Part shown: piece after piece, positions 20,000-28,289 of the stretch
Numbering within the stretch: position 1 is the stretch's first letter
How the letters are laid out: each line of letters starts with the position of its first letter
Virus record (IMG/VR): IMGVR_UViG_651324052_000001
Location: 32,603-96,602 of that record
Origin: a virus
Lineage: Duplodnaviria; Heunggongvirae; Uroviricota; Caudoviricetes
Reading direction: 5' to 3' (one strand)
Length of the DNA: 64,000 bases
The notes under the pieces: model-generated
What the model was told of the DNA's origin: nothing
The model's input: only the letters and a program-made list of their open reading frames with translations
The model's database searches: none
Translations under genes and position numbers: made by a program

Positions 20000-20070
20000 A
20001 GCTCAGACCCAGATTTGAACTGGGAACAACTGATTACAAGTCAGACGTTTTACCATTGAACTATCTGAGC
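20000..20070 (-). tRNA. tRNA-Thr(UGU)
   Basis: GCTCAGA/TCTGAGC acceptor stem, CT-TGT-AA anticodon loop, GTTCAAAT T-loop; no encoded CCA. Confidence 0.85.
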
Positions 20071-20103
20071 AATAAAAGAGGAGAGCAGTATTGCCCTCCG
20101 TCT

Positions 20104-20454
20104 CTAATCTCTTAAATCGATTTCTGTCAATTCCACATAATCGTCTTCATGTGTGATTCTTAGATAATCACTTCCCTGTATTAATTTACCATCATGTTTC
20201 TTTACGATGTCCCTCATGTAGTCAAATGGATGAATATGCGGAATTACTTTCTTATAATCTAAAAAAGTAATATCGTAGTTATCATCCATATGTATATATA
20301 CACATCTTGTTGTAGATGTCGCAGAATATTTTTGCTGGAATTTTTCTATATCACAGAGAAAATTAGTATTCCTTTCATCTACAATTTTTGATTCCAAATC
20401 GCTAACATCGATTGCAATCATTTTTACATATCCTGTTTTAACTAGTCTTTCCAT
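20104..20454 (-). CDS. Hypothetical protein
   Basis: 116 aa with GGAGG SD. Confidence 0.55.
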   Translation of the reverse strand: MERLVKTGYVKMIAIDVSDLESKIVDERNTNFLCDIEKFQQKYSATSTTRCVYIHMDDNYDITFLDYKKVIPHIHPFDYMRDIVKKHDGKLIQGSDYLRITHEDDYVELTEIDLRD

Positions 20455-20551
20455 AGCTATGTATACCTCCGGTGTTGTGATTTTCAGAAACAGTATAACA
20501 TAGAATGAAAGAGTAGTATGCTGGTAAATAATGGGAAATATAATGGATTAA

Positions 20552-21598
20552 TTAAGCGTCAGATAAAGAACCCTGTGTTACCTCTTTAATTCCATCTTTA
20601 TCAAAATACTTGCTAAATTCGTCTTCAGCAGTAAGATCATTGTAGATTTTTAACATCTCTGCGCTTTGCCAACCAAAAAATTCTTGGATAACGTGTGAAG
20701 GCAAATTTAAGCGATGTAGTTTGGTGCATGTGAAATGCCTCAGGCTGTGAAAATAGAAATCTTCGTTTAAAATTTCACTAAATTCACATGTCCATTCACT
20801 CAAATTTTTTCTTTGCCTATAACATTTATTATTGTTTTCATCTCTATAAGATGATACAAACATCCATTCAGATTCAATTCCATTTTGTTTTCTATACTCT
20901 AACCATGAATCTATATAAGGTTTTGCTCCATATAATACGAATTTATTTAACTGATGTCCTAATTTACCGAACCCTTTTGCTCTGACCTTATCAGTTTTCC
21001 ACATAGAATCATATACAAAATGGTCATCATTAAAGAATTCTACTTTCATCTGTAACAACTCACCTTTTCGCATTCCAGAGTAAGCAGCTATTGCAACGGC
21101 ACAAGCTTTTTCGAATTCTTTTCTGTTCACTAATTCCTGTAACAAGAAATCCACTTGTTCATCGGATAAAATAGTTTTTTCTCTAACAACTTCTTTTGCT
21201 GGGTTTTCAATTTTTCTTATGATCCCTCTGTAATTTTCAAACTCTTCTTCGTCATCTAAAACATTTTCAATGTAATTAGATAAAGAAGATAGACATGATT
21301 TAACTCTACGGATTCTGTTAGGACTCCAACCCCATGTATTTAATGCATGATTCTGGAATTTTGCAACTTCACGCTTTGTTAAATCAGCAAAGAATTTATT
21401 TTTGTTGTACTGTAAATTCCATACCCAAAATATATTTAGATCACTTCTATACGCAACAATGCTTTGAGGAGAGCGATCAATAGATTCCAAATACTCTAAC
21501 CAATCTTCTCCTAATTCTTTATTTTCAGGGTTTACTTGTTCTAATTTTTCAGAAGAAGTAATCTGATTATAAACTGTACTTCGTGCTATTTTAATCAC
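20552..21598 (-). CDS. Tyrosine recombinase (XerC-like) 1
   Basis: SGMRKGEL, RAKG, HSLRH, GW...IY; likely ATA start at 21589. Confidence 0.85.
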   Translation of the reverse strand: MIKIARSTVYNQITSSEKLEQVNPENKELGEDWLEYLESIDRSPQSIVAYRSDLNIFWVWNLQYNKNKFFADLTKREVAKFQNHALNTWGWSPNRIRRVKSCLSSLSNYIENVLDDEEEFENYRGIIRKIENPAKEVVREKTILSDEQVDFLLQELVNRKEFEKACAVAIAAYSGMRKGELLQMKVEFFNDDHFVYDSMWKTDKVRAKGFGKLGHQLNKFVLYGAKPYIDSWLEYRKQNGIESEWMFVSSYRDENNNKCYRQRKNLSEWTCEFSEILNEDFYFHSLRHFTCTKLHRLNLPSHVIQEFFGWQSAEMLKIYNDLTAEDEFSKYFDKDGIKEVTQGSLSDA

Positions 21599-21610
21599 TT
21601 CCTTTAATAT

Positions 21611-23293
21611 TTATGCCGCTTTTGACATTTCATATTCAATAATATTTTTGTAATTTTCTACATTCATTTCATCTGGTAATAATATGTAATAATTCAAATT
21701 ATTTTTCTCGAAAATTTCACGTTTTCTATTTAAGCTTTGTCTATATAATTCTTTTGATTTGGAGTTAATTGGGGTTTTATTTCGATATGCATTTTGATAT
21801 TTTTTATTTCCTAATATACCTGCCAATTCTATGTAAACTAAATTGCCACTGAAATCAATACAATAATCACAATTCATATTCCCTGCGTACTCGTTATCAA
21901 GATTTTTGTAATAAATGTTTCTATAATACGTTTTATTATATTCAAAACCATTTTCTCTTAAAAATATACTAAAATCATATTCATATTTTGAAACGGTCTT
22001 TTCTCCATCGCCAAATATGTAATTCATACCATTTCCTGAAGACTGAAGTTTACATCCATATAATTTGACAACGTCATTTAAAGTTGTATATTCCAAAGCA
22101 CAATGTCTTCTTATTTTTGTAATATCTAATCCGGTATTGTCTTCAAAATCAGAATACATTATTATATCTCTTCCAGTACATTTAATTTTTTCACAAACAT
22201 CTTTTATCATCAACATAATATCTTCATGCGGTACATAATTTTTATCGTTTGGTTTATAAAAATAATCATGTTTAATAAGACCTAGTTCGTCTATCATATT
22301 ATTAAAGGTTCCCCATAATCTCCATATAACCCGTATACCAATTGAAGTATTTGTTGTTTGAACTCCTTCAAAATCCGATTGCAACAATGGTCTTCCTACT
22401 TCTTTTTCTTTTCTCTTAATAATTGGAATCGCTTGTTCTTTTGACATATAAAGCCTATTTTTTATGTTAATTACTTCGTCTTGTGTTTTGCATTTTATTT
22501 TATATTTAGAAATATGATTCCAAGAAGTTTTTATAATATTACCTTTACTGTCAACAAAATCAAGTAATTCTCTAGCACAATCTGCTGTAGGTAAATTAGT
22601 TCCATCTATAAACAGATCAATGTTATTTTGCTTACAATATAAGTTTATATTTTCATATGTATAAGGGTTTCTTTTAAAGAATCTACATGGATTAGAAGAA
22701 TAACCTTGTATACTAGAAAATGTTTTTGTATCAAACTGATATTTATATCCATATTGATCTATGCAGCTGATTAAAATGAGATCGTCCTTGACATGATAAT
22801 TTAGAAAATTTAATATGTAGCCATTTTTTAATTCAACTGGGAATTTATCTTTTGCATGTTTGATTTTATCTTTTAGTCTATGTTCTTTAATACACTCTCC
22901 ACAAATTAAATTATTTTTATACATAATTCCTTTGGAGGAACGTGTATATGTTGTTTTGTGTATCTCACACAAAAAAGTAACATCATATTTTTCATTTGAA
23001 ACATATTTTACATCAATAACCTTAACGTTTTTGTGTTTGCTTTCAACAATATTTTTTATTTCTTGTTCACGTTTCTTTATTCTACAATTAGGACATTTTT
23101 CTTCAATGTTGTTTTTTTCTAAAGCAGAACAACTTATAGTAAATTCATAATTACAATGATTACATTTTAATTTTACAGAACTTTTAGCATTGATATAATC
23201 CCCTAAAAGTGTAAACTGATTATCATATAATTCATTTATTTTTTGTTGATAAGTTTTATTGTTGTGTTTATAAACAAATTTTTCTTTTCCCAT
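21611..23293 (-). CDS. Free-standing putative homing endonuclease
   Basis: Zn-ribbon CNHC/CPNC, repeated DNA-binding modules, C-terminal D-x(9)-IEL PD-(D/E)XK-like motif. Confidence 0.55.
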   Translation of the reverse strand: MGKEKFVYKHNNKTYQQKINELYDNQFTLLGDYINAKSSVKLKCNHCNYEFTISCSALEKNNIEEKCPNCRIKKREQEIKNIVESKHKNVKVIDVKYVSNEKYDVTFLCEIHKTTYTRSSKGIMYKNNLICGECIKEHRLKDKIKHAKDKFPVELKNGYILNFLNYHVKDDLILISCIDQYGYKYQFDTKTFSSIQGYSSNPCRFFKRNPYTYENINLYCKQNNIDLFIDGTNLPTADCARELLDFVDSKGNIIKTSWNHISKYKIKCKTQDEVINIKNRLYMSKEQAIPIIKRKEKEVGRPLLQSDFEGVQTTNTSIGIRVIWRLWGTFNNMIDELGLIKHDYFYKPNDKNYVPHEDIMLMIKDVCEKIKCTGRDIIMYSDFEDNTGLDITKIRRHCALEYTTLNDVVKLYGCKLQSSGNGMNYIFGDGEKTVSKYEYDFSIFLRENGFEYNKTYYRNIYYKNLDNEYAGNMNCDYCIDFSGNLVYIELAGILGNKKYQNAYRNKTPINSKSKELYRQSLNRKREIFEKNNLNYYILLPDEMNVENYKNIIEYEMSKAA

Positions 23294-23332
23294 ATTTCAC
23301 ACTCCCTCATTTCTCCTCACTCCATAGAAATA

Positions 23333-23394
23333 GGAGAGAAGCGCGAATGAGGTTACGCTTATCCGGTGGCTCATGACTTCCGCCGTATCTCTCC
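23333..23394 (-). ncRNA. Three-way-junction RNA with kissing loops in the leader of the endonuclease gene
   Basis: GGAGAGA/TCTCTCC closing stem; CGGCGG/CCACCG and AGCGT/GCGCT hairpins; loops ATGAG/CTCAT complementary. Confidence 0.5.
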
Positions 23395-23521
23395 TTAATA
23401 TCCAATGTATCATTGAAGAATACAGCTAAACTGCATTGGATTTTTATTTGTCTTTGGTAGAGATAAACAATCTGTTCACAATTCTCTTTACTTGTCAGAC
23501 TGACAAACCATATGTATTTAA

Positions 23522-24349
23522 CTAAATTTTTGAGTTACAGATCCATTTCCCGTAATTTTCAATAATCCATTTTCTTCCTTTTTCTGTCCACTTTAAACAT
23601 GGATTAGAATTTTCAACATTATAGCTTTTATAATCTGCATAATTTTCAGTGATAAGCCATTCATAGTCAGCATAAGGACACCATGTTCCGGAACTATTTT
23701 TATAGATAATGTTATTTGAATGCATTATGTTGTTTAATTTTGCCGCACTGCGTAATCCCAAATCTTTTGCGATAACAGTAGTATTGATAAGATCGTCTTT
23801 ATTCAATACTTCGTCATGGTAATCCGCTTTTGGTTTCATTACTGTGTTCTCTGCAATGAGTGGTGCTGTAGCTCTATCTACCTCAATAGCAACTAATTTT
23901 TGATGAGATTGAACAACAACAAGTGGATCTTTGTCAAATAATCCTAATCGTAGCTGATCTTCATTACTGATATAATTACCTGTTTTCCTAATAGAAGGTA
24001 ATACTTCTGAAGTAACCCAGTGCTTAAATCTTTTCGCTGATTCCAGCTTACTCCCAAAGATGAGAGCATAAAGACCAGATTCATTAATTACCGTTACTGT
24101 TCTTCTCTGACCTGCGTACTCGATTTGGGTACTCAGCTTATCTTCGTCTAATACATGTTTAGGGACTGCGTTTTTAGGATTTGCATACCCCAATGCTTCG
24201 GCTACATCTTTTCCAACAAACCACGGCTCGTTATTAATTACAATTGTTCTTACTTGTCCAAACTCTTCGTTTTCAAAAATTTTTAATTCTTCTATATAAA
24301 TCTTATCTAATATTTTTATTGAAGGTAGAGATAGGAGAGTGTCAACCAT
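23522..24349 (-). CDS. Bro-N / ANT-type phage antirepressor
   Basis: ELKIFENEEFGQVR...PWFVGKDVA...INESGLYALI...FKHWVT; C-terminal KPKADYHD...KWTEKG; likely ATA start at 24295. Confidence 0.85.
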   Translation of the reverse strand: MVDTLLSLPSIKILDKIYIEELKIFENEEFGQVRTIVINNEPWFVGKDVAEALGYANPKNAVPKHVLDEDKLSTQIEYAGQRRTVTVINESGLYALIFGSKLESAKRFKHWVTSEVLPSIRKTGNYISNEDQLRLGLFDKDPLVVVQSHQKLVAIEVDRATAPLIAENTVMKPKADYHDEVLNKDDLINTTVIAKDLGLRSAAKLNNIMHSNNIIYKNSSGTWCPYADYEWLITENYADYKSYNVENSNPCLKWTEKGRKWIIENYGKWICNSKI

Positions 24350-24528
24350 CCTACTTTAACTCTTTACCAGATTATCCATCTGACCAGTTTTATAATCAGC
24401 GCAGCCGGAGCTTACCTGGCATATTTCTTTCACTGATGTTTCTTAATTTCTTATTCACTCTATTAAGAACAACAAAATAGATCCGTAAGCTGTGACACCT
24501 ACGGATCCAAAAAATATACAATATGAAA

Positions 24529-25125
24529 TTATAATCCGAAAATTTCTAATAAATCTCTCATTTCATTAGAATCAAGTTTTTCTGTTGAATAGAATGATAA
24601 GGTAGTAAATCCGTTATCATCGTTACGCGAAGCCGTAAAACCATGCATATCATTGTCTTCTTCGCATTCTTTACAGAAGATACATTCATCATTACAAAAA
24701 TCATCGAATTCTTCATCGTTAATGTGAACTTCGAAAATATAATCTGCTTTACATTTTTCTAATACTTTAGAGTTGCAATTATCTAAAATGTATGAAAAAT
24801 GTGATTCACAATAAATATATTCGTCTTCTCGTTTTAATGGTTCACACCAAATTTCCCCATCATAAATAGTAATAATATATTCGTCAATATATCCATCATA
24901 TTCTGGATCCGCGAATTGACAAAAAACAATGTCATATTCTAATTTACAAAGATATGAAATAATTTCTTTTGCCTCATCATACTTTGCGATAAAACTAATA
25001 TCCGACGTATCTTCATCAGATGGGAATCTATTTAAGGATTCGTATGTATCAACAGCATCTTCACATAATTCCAAAATGGAATCAAATGTTTTATTTCTAA
25101 TTTTATTTGTATTCAATAGAATCAC
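24529..25125 (-). CDS. Acidic hypothetical protein
   Basis: 198 aa with SD. Confidence 0.55.
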   Translation of the reverse strand: MILLNTNKIRNKTFDSILELCEDAVDTYESLNRFPSDEDTSDISFIAKYDEAKEIISYLCKLEYDIVFCQFADPEYDGYIDEYIITIYDGEIWCEPLKREDEYIYCESHFSYILDNCNSKVLEKCKADYIFEVHINDEEFDDFCNDECIFCKECEEDNDMHGFTASRNDDNGFTTLSFYSTEKLDSNEMRDLLEIFGL

Positions 25126-25133
25126 CGCCTATC

Positions 25134-25409
25134 TTATACATTTACTTTATCTTTTAATGCTTTACCTGCCTTGAATTTTACATTTTTAGAAGCTGCAATC
25201 AGCATCTCTTCTCCAGACTGTGGGTTTCTACCCATTCTTTCAGCTCTTTCTCTCACTTCAAAAGTTCCGAAACCTGCAATCGCTACCTTTTCTCCTTTAA
25301 TTAATTGGTTTGTGATTACATCTAAAACAGCCTCAACGACATCTTTTGTTGCGACCTGTGTAAGTCCTGTTCTTCCTGAAACTTCTTTAATTAATTCTAA
25401 TTTATTCAT
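25134..25409 (-). CDS. hup: HU-family DNA-binding protein
   Basis: MNKLELIKEV...GFGTFEVRERAERMGRNPQSGE...KFKAGKALKD. Confidence 0.92.
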   Translation of the reverse strand: MNKLELIKEVSGRTGLTQVATKDVVEAVLDVITNQLIKGEKVAIAGFGTFEVRERAERMGRNPQSGEEMLIAASKNVKFKAGKALKDKVNV

Positions 25410-25448
25410 AAATAAATACCTCATTTTCTTTCTAATTATTTTTAATAT

Positions 25449-26675
25449 TTAATCTAATGGAATATGGTAAGTAGATTCTCTTCCATATGTATCGTTGAAT
25501 ATAATAAGAGTCTGACCAGATTCGGAATATAAACGTCCATTATTGGCATAATCATCAGTTCCGCACAAACTTGGAACTAGCACACTCTTAATTCCAAGCT
25601 GTTCAAACTCTTCAATATGATGTTTGTCTGCACTAATTGTATAATCGATTGTTTCTCCAAACTTTTTAGAAAAGATTGTATTAATGGTAGTCCCAATTTT
25701 TTTGAAATCTTTTTCTAAATCGCCATGTACCGCACAAATATGTGTGCCTAAAATATTTATCCTTGTAAATTCCTTATATTCACTCTCGATTATGTTCACT
25801 TTAGGATTATTCTGTAATCTTTGTCTTAGCCACCAAGGAATTATTTTTTCCATATTATCTGAGTGAATAGAATCGTTTTTGCTTTGAATGCTTCTCATGT
25901 GATTTCCATAACACGAATAAACATTAATATGATTTACAACAGAAGACAAATTATTAATTGCCTCTGCCATAAGTTCTGAAACATGCATTAATTGATCACA
26001 GGTATCTTCTTCCGCCTGAACTCTACAACTTGTATGAATGGATCCATGTGCTGCGTCTCCAAGAGTTATAATTGTCAGTGTATCAATTTTGTTAAGTGTT
26101 AAAAAATCTTTTGTTATTTCTACCAAATTTTTAACACGCTTTCTGCATATATCAGTGTTGTATTTATTCCAAATATTATCCGTAACCATTCCATAATGCC
26201 AATCAGCCCAGCAAAGAACAGCCTGTTTATGAGTATTTGATTTAAACCATCTTTCTCTAAAGTCCAATGGTTTTTCTTTATTTAAGTTATTTGCCGACAT
26301 AATAAGCTCATCGCATAAATGCTCGGCTCTAGCATCAGAGATTAACAATTTGTTATATTCTCTACGCTGATCATATAATTTTCTCTTTTCTTTATAAACT
26401 GCATCTTTTTGAAACTGCAACTCTTTAAAATACGAATCTTCATTCGCATATGTTTTAAAAACATTTGCTTCAAAATATCTTTTTGCTTGTTGATAAGGCT
26501 TTCGGTAAGCTGCTTCGGTGCGATATTCAGATTCATCATCTCCACGGAATTCTTTATTAATTACATTTGCCAAAGAATCCCATGACATATCCAATTGTCC
26601 AGAATCTTTCATTTGCCCCAATCTCCAAATGAACTGTTCTTCATTTTCATTTTCTAATCTTGTAAAATTAGTTAT
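25449..26675 (-). CDS. Calcineurin-like metallophosphoesterase
   Basis: DWH, GDAAHG, GNH, HGD and DKHH motifs; open frame extends 18 codons above the ORF-track TTG to ATA 26675, behind SD AGGCGGTG. Confidence 0.8.
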   Translation of the reverse strand: MTNFTRLENENEEQFIWRLGQMKDSGQLDMSWDSLANVINKEFRGDDESEYRTEAAYRKPYQQAKRYFEANVFKTYANEDSYFKELQFQKDAVYKEKRKLYDQRREYNKLLISDARAEHLCDELIMSANNLNKEKPLDFRERWFKSNTHKQAVLCWADWHYGMVTDNIWNKYNTDICRKRVKNLVEITKDFLTLNKIDTLTIITLGDAAHGSIHTSCRVQAEEDTCDQLMHVSELMAEAINNLSSVVNHINVYSCYGNHMRSIQSKNDSIHSDNMEKIIPWWLRQRLQNNPKVNIIESEYKEFTRINILGTHICAVHGDLEKDFKKIGTTINTIFSKKFGETIDYTISADKHHIEEFEQLGIKSVLVPSLCGTDDYANNGRLYSESGQTLIIFNDTYGRESTYHIPLD

Positions 26676-26689
26676 AACAACACACCGCC

Positions 26690-26899
26690 TTACATTTCTT
26701 CAGATTCCAGTGGTAATTCCACAGTGATTTTAAACCCAACCTGTTCTGTTCCTTCTGGAAGCGCATCAAGAACCTGCTGTGTAATATCGCCCGTTTCATC
26801 TACAAATTTTAAATCTTTTACAAAGATTCCATCTAATTTAATATTCTGTTTTGCTGGTGTTAATTTTTCTTCTGTTTTTGTAATTTTAATCATATTCAA
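26690..26899 (-). CDS. Small conserved phage protein
   Basis: 69 aa, AAGGAG SD. Confidence 0.6.
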   Translation of the reverse strand: MNMIKITKTEEKLTPAKQNIKLDGIFVKDLKFVDETGDITQQVLDALPEGTEQVGFKITVELPLESEEM

Positions 26900-26958
26900 A
26901 TTCTCCTTTAAACTAAAAATAGAAGAGTAGTAGTGTACTCTCCGATGACATTTTACAA

Positions 26959-27171
26959 TTATTTTACTGTGATGTTTTTTAGATGCCTGCGATAGAACGA
27001 TAATGCACCTTCTTTGATCACAACTCGTTTATGCAGTTTCTTATCATACCGACATACATCATGTTCCTCTACGAGATAATAAGTCGGATGTTTGGACTTT
27101 GATTTTTTGACAAATTCTTCAAATCCATTTTTTCGCATATAGAATGCTTCTTTTTTTGAAATTTTAATTAT
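26959..27171 (-). CDS. Small basic hypothetical protein (ATA/ATT start)
   Basis: IIKISKKEAFYMRKNGF...HPTYYLVE, 70 codons, SD GGAAGAAGG. Confidence 0.45.
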   Translation of the reverse strand: MIKISKKEAFYMRKNGFEEFVKKSKSKHPTYYLVEEHDVCRYDKKLHKRVVIKEGALSFYRRHLKNITVK

Positions 27172-27217
27172 AATAAAAACCTTCTTCCATATTTATTTCC
27201 CTCGCAAGGGATAGTAA

Positions 27218-27288
27218 CAGGTCAGGCAGGAATTGAACCCACATCGTTAGTTTTGGAGACTATCATGCTACCATTACACCACTGACCT
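27218..27288 (-). tRNA. tRNA-Trp(CCA)
   Basis: AGGTCAG/CTGACCT acceptor stem, CT-CCA-AA loop, GGTTCAATTCC T-arm. Confidence 0.9.
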
Positions 27289-27291
27289 AAA

Positions 27292-27364
27292 ATGGGCGAT
27301 ATATGATTTGAACATATACTATAAGAATCAAAATCTTATGTGCTGCCATTACACCAATCGCCTA
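27292..27364 (-). tRNA. tRNA-Gln(UUG)
   Basis: TAAGA-TT-TTG-AT-TCTTA anticodon arm, ATATG-TTCAAAT-CATAT T-arm; one acceptor-stem mismatch. Confidence 0.8.
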
Positions 27365-27454
27365 GAGAGACTGGCAGCAATACCATAAGATTTACGGTAT
27401 CACTACCAGTTAAGAAAGGAGTGTATGAAGAACTCATATAAAATGAAAAATAAG

Positions 27455-28062
27455 TATTTGCCTATGAATATAGATGGATCTTCATCCTACATTAACATTT
27501 CGTCATAATATTCTGTCACTATTTGCAAAAGGCTGGGCACAAAGGAGCTACCTTTATACCTCTTTTGCATCTGATAAACAGCAATTATAGATGTGAATGG
27601 TTACACATAACTTTCACCCAGGTCATTCAGCATAATATGAGAGCAGTATTTGACCATTGTTCTGTTAATATCTAAAATCAATTTTATCCTTTTTAATTCG
27701 TCAATTTGGGCTACTCGTACCTCCAACAAATCTTATACGAAAATTTCTTTTCTTCAACGACGCAACTGACTTGTTTGGATTTTCCTTACTTATTTCCTAT
27801 AAGATTCCACCCTTATAGGCATCAGGATTATTACTCCACCGGAGTCGTCTATTATGTCAGCGATCTGACGAGTACATTTTACGGCAATATATTTTTGCAA
27901 ATATGTTTGACTTTGACGGTTTCCGTCTTTCCGTTTATACTTCTCAGTATTCCAGAAGATACAATATGAAACTATCGCATCGTATCATATCTCATCATAC
28001 ACATATTCTCAGCATGGTGACTAACCAATCTGCACTGAGTTATCTATATTCATAGGTAAATA
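27455..28062 (-). ncRNA. Large ornate structured RNA, ROOL-like (~610 nt)
   Basis: Ends pair over 21 nt (TATTTACCTATGAATATAGAT / ATCTATATTCATAGGCAAATA); many internal hairpins; no credible ORF; next to phage tRNAs, where ROOL/GOLLD RNAs typically lie. Confidence 0.65.
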
Positions 28063-28289
28063 TTCATTCGGGCAAAAGCCCAAGCCCCATATTAGGGGCT
28101 ATGAATTTTATAGATATATCTCCGTATTTATTAAACGCTTCGGCAATAGCGTTAAAGAGAAAATTGCAAAAATCATGTTTTCTCTCCATATTACGGACGA
28201 AGTTTAATGTGAAAAAATGTTGAATCTACGCGGTTTTTTGTCATTTTAAATAAATTAATTCGGCATTTTTTGTGAATGATATACAAAAA

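Noticed and set aside
27190-27420. Theta/HDV, hammerhead, twister or pistol ribozyme next to the tRNAs
   Set aside because: Only simple hairpins flank the tRNAs; no catalytic core consensus was recognised by eye.
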